This document shows, in pieces, positions 31,247 to 38,102 of a stretch of 38,102 bases of DNA. Made by a program: the position numbers and the translations under genes. Under the pieces are notes generated by a model. It was given only the letters and a program-made list of their open reading frames with translations. It made no database searches and was not told where the DNA came from. This DNA comes from a virus: positions 1 through 38,102 of IMG/VR virus record IMGVR_UViG_2585428174_000001; one strand, written 5' to 3'. Numbering within the stretch: the stretch's first letter is position 1; every line of letters starts with the position of its first letter.

Positions 31247-32920
31247 CTACTTATCCCCCTCAAAATATTTATTTACATCATCTTCACTATCAAATTGAAC
31301 TATCTCGAAATCATCTGATTCAGTAGAAGTAATGATATATTGATAATCATCATCAACCATCTGAGAAATTAACTCTTTTCTAGCTGCTGGGTTTAAACTT
31401 TCGAATCTATCAAGACATATAAGCTTTAATTCTCCGCATTGAGCTTTAGCAATTGTCAATGATAGATCTAATTTTTCACCATCACTTAAATCACTTATTA
31501 ACGTTTCATTTATTCTGATTAATCCATTATTGTCTACAGATATGCCTTGTATTGGCATTCTAGCGACCTTTAATAGTTCGCCAGGTAATTCCCTTGCCTT
31601 GATGATTTTTTCTGTTAATAAAGCGGAATACTCTCTTTTAGGTGTAAGCCTGTTATCCCTTATGTCACACATTCTGTCATACTCTCTAATATAAGACTGC
31701 ATTCTCTCAACTTCTTCTGCTTGAGCTTGCAATGGTGTAATATCTACTGGTGTATTGCTTTCTAAGTATTCTGCTGCTTTACCAAGTCTTATTCTTTCGG
31801 CTTCACATGCATTAATTTCCTTTTCATCAATAGCACTGTATTCATGATCTTCTAATTCGTCTAAACCTCGTAGCTCCTGCTCTTTTGCTGCTATCTTTGA
31901 TTCATTTATAGAAATCAAATCTTTTTGTTCATCTACCTGTGAAAGTATTTCTTTACGCTTTAAATCTTTCTTCTCAGCATACTTTTGAAGTAAAGCTTGA
32001 TACTCTGCATCAAATTCATTATCAAGCTTAGAAAGCTCTATTTCAGTTCTTTCATTGGCACTCGTTATAAACTCTTTAGCTTTATCAATTCTTCCCTTTG
32101 ATAACTCAATAATATCTTTAATATCCTGCCTTTGTTCATTGTATTTAAGTTTGACTTTAGACTTCTCACCTTCGGCTTGAGCCTTTATTGAAGCAACTTT
32201 GCTTTCATAGTTCTCCTTAAGTGTTTTTGCTTCATCTATCCAGTGATTAATCTTCTGTGCCTCAGTTACTTTAGAATAATAATCTTGAAGTTTTTTATCT
32301 CTCCATTTCTCCGAATCATAACCTGCTGGCAATTCGTCCATCATTCCTTTAACTTGTATTTCTAGTTCTTTAACTTCACGGTTTATTTCTTCACGTTCTT
32401 TGAAATACTTTGATTCTATACTTCTTAAAATCTGCAATATATGCATGTCATAGTCGATATTGGAAGGTATTTCTCCAAACCAACCTTGTATCTGTTCCAT
32501 GGTCCAACCTATTTCCAACATGGATAAAATGCTCTTTGTCTGCTCCTGGATAGATAAATTAATCCAATCCAAAGGCCTAAATATTTGACCTTGTATCATG
32601 CTTCTTAAGAACGTTTCAGTACTAGGTGCTGTTGCTTCATTCTTCCTGACCTTTAAGTAATCTGCTTTATCTGTCCTAAGCTTTCTATCTATCTCTAGAC
32701 CATCATCAGTCTTAACATACAAACAGCTTTCAGTTTCACCATGCTTAACTAATTCAGTTCTACGATTTTTATTTGTAAATAGCTTTTCTATAGCCTCTAG
32801 TATAGAAGTTTTACCACTTCCTTTAGGTCCTTTAACATAATTAACTTTTTTAAGATCTAACTCAGTTTCATTTATTCCTAAGAAATTCTTTATACTTAAT
32901 CTTGAAATCTTCACTTTCAT
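31247..32920 (-). CDS. SMC/SbcC-like AAA ATPase with a long coiled coil
   Basis: Walker A GPKGSGKT, a central coiled coil, an ABC signature LSDGEK, and Walker B LICLDRFESL. Confidence 0.75.
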   Translation of the reverse strand: MKVKISRLSIKNFLGINETELDLKKVNYVKGPKGSGKTSILEAIEKLFTNKNRRTELVKHGETESCLYVKTDDGLEIDRKLRTDKADYLKVRKNEATAPSTETFLRSMIQGQIFRPLDWINLSIQEQTKSILSMLEIGWTMEQIQGWFGEIPSNIDYDMHILQILRSIESKYFKEREEINREVKELEIQVKGMMDELPAGYDSEKWRDKKLQDYYSKVTEAQKINHWIDEAKTLKENYESKVASIKAQAEGEKSKVKLKYNEQRQDIKDIIELSKGRIDKAKEFITSANERTEIELSKLDNEFDAEYQALLQKYAEKKDLKRKEILSQVDEQKDLISINESKIAAKEQELRGLDELEDHEYSAIDEKEINACEAERIRLGKAAEYLESNTPVDITPLQAQAEEVERMQSYIREYDRMCDIRDNRLTPKREYSALLTEKIIKARELPGELLKVARMPIQGISVDNNGLIRINETLISDLSDGEKLDLSLTIAKAQCGELKLICLDRFESLNPAARKELISQMVDDDYQYIITSTESDDFEIVQFDSEDDVNKYFEGDK

Positions 32921-32936
32921 TCCTCCTTAAAATCTG

Positions 32937-33197
32937 TTATAATTTACTTGATTTATTTGCTTTATGACAAGTTGGCTTTGCAGAGCCGCTTGTCTCTTTT
33001 TTACCTACGCATTTGCTCACCTTTATTATTTTTAAACAATAATCCAATATAGCAATCTTCCTAAATGTTTCAGTACTGCATGTTAATAGCCCTGGATATT
33101 CGCCTGTTTTATCTAAAAGACTTTTTATGCACTGCTCCAGAAGGAATGTATCTAAGTTTGGTAGTAGCTTTTCATCTAAAATTTCCAGTTTTGTCAT
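32937..33197 (-). CDS. Hypothetical protein
   Basis: 86-aa ORF with SD GGGAGGTG. Confidence 0.55.
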   Translation of the reverse strand: MTKLEILDEKLLPNLDTFLLEQCIKSLLDKTGEYPGLLTCSTETFRKIAILDYCLKIIKVSKCVGKKETSGSAKPTCHKANKSSKL

Positions 33198-33317
33198 GGT
33201 TACACCTCCCTTCTATCTCTCTAAAAATCAATAGTCCTTCCCATGTTGGAGCAATTTTACTTTGCTTGCATAATGACATGTAGGTTAAAAATGTGGTTAA
33301 GTGCATTGATACACCTC

Positions 33318-33575
33318 CTATAAAACTACTTTCTGTTTAGCAATGTTCTCAAGCCATACATCCAGCATGTCCTTATTTATAAGAAACTTAGCGCCTACTC
33401 TGAAACTAGGGAAATCATTCTGGCCATGTGCTAATTGAGTTATTTTTTCTCTTCCTATACCTGTGTACTTTACAGTTTCATCTATTGTAAGTGTCTTTTT
33501 TATGCTTTGTTTCTTAGTTGATTCTTTTATAGCCGCTACTATTATTTCTTTTAAATCTTCCTTGTTTAGATCCAT
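33318..33575 (-). CDS. Excisionase-family (MerR-like) HTH DNA-binding protein
   Basis: LTIDETVKYTGIGREKITQLA....FPSFRVGAKFLINKDMLDVWL is the typical Xis/HTH_17 pattern. Confidence 0.6.
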   Translation of the reverse strand: MDLNKEDLKEIIVAAIKESTKKQSIKKTLTIDETVKYTGIGREKITQLAHGQNDFPSFRVGAKFLINKDMLDVWLENIAKQKVVL

Positions 33576-33577
33576 CG

Positions 33578-33868
33578 TTATTCCTCCTTAACACTTTCAA
33601 TTACTTTTCCCTTGGCAACTATCTCTACGTTGTCAAAAATCCAGTTCAAAGCTACTCTTCTCAAATCTTCATGTTCGACAATAACTTCATCTTCTTCTAA
33701 AAAAACATTTTCAAAATGTTTATATTCTTCACCATCAAGGAAGCTAACTTTTACTAATCCCATATCATTTTCATCATACAGAAACCTAAAAGTGTCTATA
33801 TCAATATAGATAATTGTTCCTGACATAATATTTAAGCTTATTTCTTCAGTTCTTATTTTCTTGCTCAT
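33578..33868 (-). CDS. Hypothetical acidic protein
   Basis: 96-aa ORF, tightly packed with its neighbours. Confidence 0.55.
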   Translation of the reverse strand: MSKKIRTEEISLNIMSGTIIYIDIDTFRFLYDENDMGLVKVSFLDGEEYKHFENVFLEEDEVIVEHEDLRRVALNWIFDNVEIVAKGKVIESVKEE

Positions 33869-33879
33869 ACAAATTCCTC

Positions 33880-34656
33880 CTATACTCTAATCCCTTCTTT
33901 TATAGCTATCTCTTTTACTATGTTTACATAGATTTCTTTAAGCCTTGGTTCGTTCTCTAACACATCTAAAATATTAAGTTTTTCTGCTTTACTTGGTGCT
34001 ATCCCATTAGCTAGAGCTCTCTTTTTCAAATTAGCAACTAGAACACTAGGTCTACACTTTCCACGTTCTTTTAAGGCATTATAGGCAGTTTCTTTAGGTT
34101 TCTTAAAATCTCCAGTTTTATTACCTACAGCATTCAATATTCTATTGCTTTCCCTTCTCCATGCTGCATTAGGATTTAAAGTTATTACATCTTTTATAGC
34201 TTGCACCTCTTCTTGAGTTTCTTGTATGCTATTTTCAAGTTGCTTTTGCTTAAGCTCCATGTTAATTAAAAGTTGAAGTTGTGGGCTTAAATTATTTAAT
34301 CCTGTTGTTACCTCTTTAACTCTAAAATAATTATTGACTAAATCCCTTTGAACTTTCCAAGCTAAATCATCTGTAAGCGATTTCACTAGCATAAGATATC
34401 CACTTTCTGTTATTAAGTAAGTACCAGCATTGTTTATTTCAGACGTACGAATTTCGTACATCTCAACATCCTTAGGTTTTACAAAATAATAGTCTGTTCC
34501 TTCAATGAAGTGGCTTTTATTTTCATTAAAATTTCTTTTGGCAGTTCCTTCACTTCTTTCATGTACCATATCAATATCTTTAAAAGTTACTACTCTTTGC
34601 TCTCTAAACTCTTTAATTGATATTTTCTTTGAGCTTATTGATACTAATTCATTCAT
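33880..34656 (-). CDS. Antirepressor-like protein (ORF6N-type N-terminal domain)
   Basis: RVVTFKDIDMVHERSEGTAKRNFNENKSHFIEGTDYYFV matches the ORF6N/KilA-N-like pattern. Confidence 0.65.
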   Translation of the reverse strand: MNELVSISSKKISIKEFREQRVVTFKDIDMVHERSEGTAKRNFNENKSHFIEGTDYYFVKPKDVEMYEIRTSEINNAGTYLITESGYLMLVKSLTDDLAWKVQRDLVNNYFRVKEVTTGLNNLSPQLQLLINMELKQKQLENSIQETQEEVQAIKDVITLNPNAAWRRESNRILNAVGNKTGDFKKPKETAYNALKERGKCRPSVLVANLKKRALANGIAPSKAEKLNILDVLENEPRLKEIYVNIVKEIAIKEGIRV

Positions 34657-34701
34657 TTAATCATTCCTTTCTTTTAATCCCTTATATGGGTTCTATTATC
34701 A

Positions 34702-34730
34702 TTGAATTGTTGCAATTTCCCACTTATACT
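34702..34730 (+). promoter_or_regulatory. Candidate promoter (TTGAAT-N17-TATACT) for the + strand accessory gene
   Basis: The hexamers at 34702-34707 and 34725-34730 are separated by 17 nt. Confidence 0.45.
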
Positions 34731-34781
34731 TTAATTATCAGTTCTGCCAAACTGAAATAATTATGAAAGGTGGTGTTAATT

Positions 34782-35162
34782 GTGAAATTAAATCCTAATT
34801 GTGTTAGAGATATTTTATTAACTGTTGAAGCTAATGATTTAGATACTCGCATGACATTAGAATCATTACATAAAAAGCTTTCTCATTACACAATAGAAGA
34901 AATATACTATGCTTGTTTAAAATTGAATGAAGCTAACTATTTAGAAGCAACCCTTGTTACCTTGTGTGGCCACCATACTCCAGCGATTAAATGCATATAT
35001 GATTTAACTTATAATGGGCATGAATTCTTAGAAAACATTAAAAGTGATTCCACTTGGAATAAAACAAAAGATATTGCCAAAAGTGTTGGTTCTTTTTCTT
35101 TAAGCACTCTCAAAGAAATAGCTATCAATGTCATATCAGAAAGTATCAAATTACATTTTTAG
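34782..35162 (+). CDS. Winged-helix-like hypothetical protein (DUF2513-like pattern), opposite strand to the early operon
   Basis: GTG at 34782 follows AAAGGTGG. The pattern LNPNCVRDILLTVE...YYACLKLNEANYLEA...LTYNGHEFLENI is typical of DUF2513. The ORF track starts at 34770. Confidence 0.6.
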   Translation: MKLNPNCVRDILLTVEANDLDTRMTLESLHKKLSHYTIEEIYYACLKLNEANYLEATLVTLCGHHTPAIKCIYDLTYNGHEFLENIKSDSTWNKTKDIAKSVGSFSLSTLKEIAINVISESIKLHF

Positions 35163-35348
35163 TTTCCTTCTTATGTCACTACCCATATTTTTAATAACTT
35201 GGCTAGTGACATATTTCATTTCAAGTTCATTTGGCTCCTTAATTCCTTTAAGTGCTAACCAGTAAATAATTGATAAGAATTTTATATGTTCTAACACAAG
35301 TTTTACTATTGCAAGCATTAATGCTATTAATAATAACGCTATTACCAC
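35151..35348 (-). CDS. Small membrane protein (65 aa)
   Basis: GTG start follows GAAAGGAAG, with an N-terminal TM segment. Its 3' end overlaps the convergent + strand gene by 12 nt. Confidence 0.4.
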   Translation of the reverse strand: MVIALLLIALMLAIVKLVLEHIKFLSIIYWLALKGIKEPNELEMKYVTSQVIKNMGSDIRRKLKM

Positions 35349-35468
35349 GTTCTACACTTCCTTTCTTTAATCTTTTCCTCTTAGACTACTAAAAGTTTTT
35401 ATAGTAGCTTGTCCTGTACATCTCCTTAGAACCAGCGAAGTGTGATTTTATACTGGAGCTTCGTTTGA

Positions 35469-35485
35469 GTGTCTTTTTAAGACAC
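35469..35485. promoter_or_regulatory. Perfect 7-3-7 palindrome GTGTCTT-TTT-AAGACAC (operator-like, or a + strand terminator)
   Basis: Same architecture as the switch operators. On the + strand it is followed by TTTTT. Confidence 0.45.
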
Positions 35486-35488
35486 TTT

Positions 35489-35695
35489 TTAATTAAAAAA
35501 AATTTCTTCTATTTCTTTTGGAGTTAAATTATATCGTTCTTTTATTGAAGCAATTTCACTTTGCTTAAATTCTGAACCCTTGTACTCATTCATTTTATAG
35601 CATAATGTTACTGTAGTTATACCTAATGCCTTAGATAAAGTTTCCAATGTGTCACAATTTAAAACCATAAACGATTTCAACTTTAGCTTATTCAT
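35489..35695 (-). CDS. Cro-like HTH regulator
   Basis: 68 aa, with LETLSKALGITTVTLCYKMN as an HTH. It is divergent from the repressor gene. Confidence 0.65.
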   Translation of the reverse strand: MNKLKLKSFMVLNCDTLETLSKALGITTVTLCYKMNEYKGSEFKQSEIASIKERYNLTPKEIEEIFFN

Positions 35696-35722
35696 TTTTT
35701 ACCCCTTTCTCGGAAAATTGTT

Positions 35723-35739
35723 GTATCTTTTTAAGATAC
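35723..35739. promoter_or_regulatory. Operator, perfect palindrome GTATCTT-TTT-AAGATAC
   Basis: Exact 7-3-7 inverted repeat immediately downstream of the -10 of the leftward promoter. Confidence 0.6.
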
Positions 35740-35743
35740 TTTT

Positions 35744-35772
35744 ATTATAATTATATTTTTTATAATTGTCAA
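35744..35772 (-). promoter_or_regulatory. Lytic (Cro-side) promoter, consensus TTGACA-N17-TATAAT
   Basis: On the minus strand, the -35 is at 35767-35772 and the -10 at 35744-35749. Both hexamers match the consensus. Confidence 0.7.
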
Positions 35773-35781
35773 TAAGTTTTT

Positions 35782-35798
35782 TAATCTTTTTAAGATAC
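35782..35798. promoter_or_regulatory. Operator, imperfect copy TAATCTT-TTT-AAGATAC
   Basis: Matches the 35723 palindrome at 15 of 17 positions. It lies between the two divergent promoters. Confidence 0.5.
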
Positions 35799-35813
35799 TT
35801 TTTTAAAAAATAA

Positions 35814-35850
35814 TTGAAAAGCTTTCTAAAAAATGATATTATTAAGATAC
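35814..35850 (+). promoter_or_regulatory. Repressor-side promoter TTGAAA-N17-TGaTATTAT with an operator half-site TTAAGATAC at the start site
   Basis: Hexamers at 35814-35819 and 35837-35842, with the half-site at 35842-35850. Confidence 0.55.
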
Positions 35851-35872
35851 AAAGAAAAAGAGGTGTGTAAAA

Positions 35873-36352
35873 ATGAATGTAGGTGAAAGAATTAAATCTT
35901 TGAGAATTAGCAAAGGATTAACCCAGGATGAACTTGCTAACAAAATAGGGGTAAAGAAAGCTGCCGTTTATAAATACGAATCTGGAATAATAGAGAATAT
36001 AAAAAGATCTACCATTCAGGAAATGGCAAAAATTTTTGAAGTTTCTCCATGCTACCTATTAGGTTGGGAGGATGACTCCTCACAATTATTCAAATTAGAA
36101 TATGAAGAAAAAGCTCTGCTAGAAAACTTCAGAAAACTAAATAACTTTGGTAAAAATGAAGCAAAAAAAAGAGTTGAAGAACTTACATATATAAATAAGT
36201 ACATACATAACGATGAGATGTGTGCTGCGGTAGCTGAAGAAAAAGCCGAATATTTAATTCCAGTTGCAGCACATGCTGATGATTTAACTGAAGAAGAGAA
36301 AGATGAAGCAAACAAACTATTTGATGAATTTTACGACAAGTGTAAGAGATAA
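35873..36352 (+). CDS. XRE-family (cI/ImmR-like) prophage repressor
   Basis: The N-terminal segment GERIKSLRISKGLTQDELANKIGVKKAAVYKYESG is a canonical HTH_3. Confidence 0.85.
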   Translation: MNVGERIKSLRISKGLTQDELANKIGVKKAAVYKYESGIIENIKRSTIQEMAKIFEVSPCYLLGWEDDSSQLFKLEYEEKALLENFRKLNNFGKNEAKKRVEELTYINKYIHNDEMCAAVAEEKAEYLIPVAAHADDLTEEEKDEANKLFDEFYDKCKR

Positions 36353-36355
36353 GGG

Positions 36356-36784
36356 GTGATGCTCTTGGAGTATAGTATTTTGGTTAATGAAGTATTAAAC
36401 AAAGGGATTGTTTTTAAAGAAATTCCACTTAGTCACAATAAAGAATGGGGATTATGCAAAGGCAATGTTATTGCTGTAAACAAGAATTTAAACAACGTGC
36501 AAAAGAAATGTGTCCTTGCTGAAGAGCTAGGGCATTTTTACACAACAGTTGGGGATATAACCGACTTATCAGATATATGCAATGCCAAGCAAGAAGAATT
36601 AGCACGTAGATATGGTTATAAAAAGCTAATACCAATACAAGACTTAATTAAAACTTTTAAAATGGGACTAAGATTCGATTATGAAATAGCTGAAGAACTT
36701 GGTGTAACCATAAATTTTTTACACGCATGTGTGAATTATTATAAATGTAGATATGAAACAAATAAGTACCTTAAGGAGGGGTAA
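36356..36784 (+). CDS. ImmA/IrrE-like (M78) protein with an atypical EELGH motif
   Basis: Located directly after the XRE repressor and before int. The motif LAEELGHFY occupies the place where HExxH is expected. Confidence 0.6.
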   Translation: MMLLEYSILVNEVLNKGIVFKEIPLSHNKEWGLCKGNVIAVNKNLNNVQKKCVLAEELGHFYTTVGDITDLSDICNAKQEELARRYGYKKLIPIQDLIKTFKMGLRFDYEIAEELGVTINFLHACVNYYKCRYETNKYLKEG

Positions 36785-36786
36785 TT

Positions 36787-37950
36787 GTGGCGATAAAAAC
36801 CAACTATGAAAAGAATGGTAGCAAATATTTTAGAGTTACCGCCAGCATTGGAAGAGATTCTTCAGGTAAATTAATAAGAAAAGAGTTTTATGGGAAAAGC
36901 AAAAAGGAAGCTGAGCAAAAAAGAGATGAATATTTAGAAGACGTGAGAGCTGGAGCTAACAATCGCAGTACCATCCAATTAGGCACGTTTCTCTATACTT
37001 GGCTATTTGAAGTGGTTAAATTATCCGTTAAACCTTCTACCTTCGAACGATATGAAGGTATATATAGAAATTATATAAAGGATACAGCCCTATATACTCT
37101 TATATTAAAAGATGTTTCTACCATGCAAATACAAAAACATTACAATAAACTCTTTAGTGATGGTTGTACCAGTAGCATGATCTACAATCTTAATAAACTT
37201 TTAAAGAAATTTTTCAACTACTGTGTATTACAGGGTTACATAGTAAGAAATCCATGTGATGCAAAAAAGATAATAATACCAGAAGATACAACAAAAAATA
37301 AAACACGTGAAATTGAAGTGTTTACAGATGAAGAATTAGAACGCTTAAAGAATGAAATTAAAGGTGATAGACTTGAAGCCTTGTATCTATTGGCACTTGG
37401 TACTGGAATGCGTGAAGGTGAGCTTTTAGGCTTAAAATGGCAAGACATTAATTATGATGAGCAAACCATAGATATAAAAAGAAGTGTAAAAAATGTAGCC
37501 AATATAGATAGCAATGGAAACAAACGATATCAAATTGTAGTGCAAGCACCCAAAACAAGGGGTTCAGCAAGAACGATTCCAATGCCTTCAAAATTAATTA
37601 CTTCTTTAAAAAATCACAAGAGAATGCAATTACAAGAAAAGTTTAGAGCTGGTAGTTCCTATAATGATAATGATTTTATATTTACCACAGAACTTGGAAC
37701 AAATATAGATGCTTCAAACTTGCTTAAAAAGTTTAAGAAAATATTATTGAAAGCAAATATACCTTACAGAAAATTTCATGCTTTAAGGCACACATTTGCT
37801 ACTAAACTATTTGAAAATGATGTCCCTATAAAAACAGTACAAGAATTGTTAGGACATAGCAATATGTCTATAACAGCTAATATATACACACATGTAATGC
37901 CAAAGAAAAAAACAACTGCTGTTGAGACATTAAATAAATATTTCATATAA
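36787..37950 (+). CDS. int: Tyrosine recombinase / phage integrase
   Basis: HALRHTFATKLF and LLGHSNMSITANIYTHV (R..H.R..Y catalytic pattern). GTG start follows GGAGGGG. Confidence 0.92.
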   Translation: MAIKTNYEKNGSKYFRVTASIGRDSSGKLIRKEFYGKSKKEAEQKRDEYLEDVRAGANNRSTIQLGTFLYTWLFEVVKLSVKPSTFERYEGIYRNYIKDTALYTLILKDVSTMQIQKHYNKLFSDGCTSSMIYNLNKLLKKFFNYCVLQGYIVRNPCDAKKIIIPEDTTKNKTREIEVFTDEELERLKNEIKGDRLEALYLLALGTGMREGELLGLKWQDINYDEQTIDIKRSVKNVANIDSNGNKRYQIVVQAPKTRGSARTIPMPSKLITSLKNHKRMQLQEKFRAGSSYNDNDFIFTTELGTNIDASNLLKKFKKILLKANIPYRKFHALRHTFATKLFENDVPIKTVQELLGHSNMSITANIYTHVMPKKKTTAVETLNKYFI

Positions 37951-37951
37951 G

Positions 37952-38008
37952 TGTGGGAAATAACACATTTATTTTTTATTAAAAATTATTGTGGGAAAAG
38001 TGTGGGAA
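37952..38008 (+). repeat. Three direct copies of TGTGGGAA (putative arm-type sites)
   Basis: Copies at 37952-37959, 37990-37997 and 38001-38008, in the same orientation as the two copies at 177-195. Confidence 0.5.
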
Positions 38009-38033
38009 ACTAATAAAAAATGACTAAATCCTT

Positions 38034-38102
38034 TATTCAAGAACTTAGTCATTTCAATAGTTTATGGTGCGTCAGAGAAGATTCGAACTCCCGACCAACT
38101 GG
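38034..38102. repeat. att site, right copy of the 69-bp direct repeat
   Basis: Identical to bases 1-69. Confidence 0.9.
38065..38102 (-). tRNA. 3' part of the target tRNA gene (identity not determinable; the gene would continue beyond the window)
   Basis: The reverse complement ends ...GGGAGTTCGAATCTTCTCTGACGCACCA, giving a T-arm with two G-U pairs, a 7-nt acceptor strand, discriminator A and CCA. The anticodon is outside the window. Confidence 0.5.

Larger units (their letters stand above)
1..38102. mobile_element. Complete integrated temperate siphovirus-type prophage bounded by att direct repeats
   Basis: Identical 69-bp repeats lie at both window ends. A tyrosine integrase and repressor module sits at the right end. 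Full replication, packaging, head, tail and lysis modules are present. No sheath gene was seen. Confidence 0.9.

Noticed and set aside
33172-33306. 44-aa ORF with a perfect TAGGAGGTG SD between the Xis-like gene and the 86-aa ORF
   Set aside because: It overlaps the SD-preceded start of the 86-aa ORF by 26 nt in another frame and has no recognisable features. It may be real, but the evidence is too thin to list as a feature.
36052-36315. 87-aa minus-strand ORF inside the repressor gene
   Set aside because: It is antisense to the XRE repressor, with a Ser/Ala-rich low-complexity translation.

Overview
The window is one complete low-GC (Firmicutes/Clostridia-like) temperate siphovirus-type prophage. 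It is cut at its att sites: a 69-bp direct repeat (1-69 = 38034-38102) that carries the 3' part of a minus-strand tRNA gene. At the right end, on the + strand, sits a lysogeny module of XRE/cI-like repressor, ImmA-like protein and tyrosine integrase. It is separated from a Cro-like gene by a switch region with consensus divergent promoters and 7-3-7 palindromic operators. Almost everything else is on the minus strand, read right to left:
- Early genes: antirepressor, Xis-like HTH, and a recombination set of SMC-like ATPase, RecT and a Cas4-like nuclease.
- Replication genes: DnaD-like organizer with internal iteron-like repeats, DnaC-like loader, a frame-split PAPS-reductase-like gene and SSB.
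- Small accessory genes: Lar-like, Hjc-like and YopX, followed by a RinA/ArpU-like late regulator.
- An accessory islet with a phage tRNA-Asn.
- Morphogenesis genes: TerS, TerL, portal, MuF fused to an M34/ATLF-like metallopeptidase, scaffold, capsid, connectors, major tail, a promoter-gene-terminator moron, chaperones, tape measure and a Kelch-repeat tail protein.
- Lysis genes: XhlA, amidase and holin.

The most interesting locus is an insulated two-gene cassette between the lysis terminator and attL (394-1946). It encodes a 319-aa soluble protein with no motif I recognise, followed by a 185-aa four-TM protein. The cassette has its own operator-bearing promoter region, and I propose it as a candidate undescribed prophage defence or exclusion system. 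All functional calls come from motif and architecture recognition by eye. No database search, HMM, folding or composition calculation was run.
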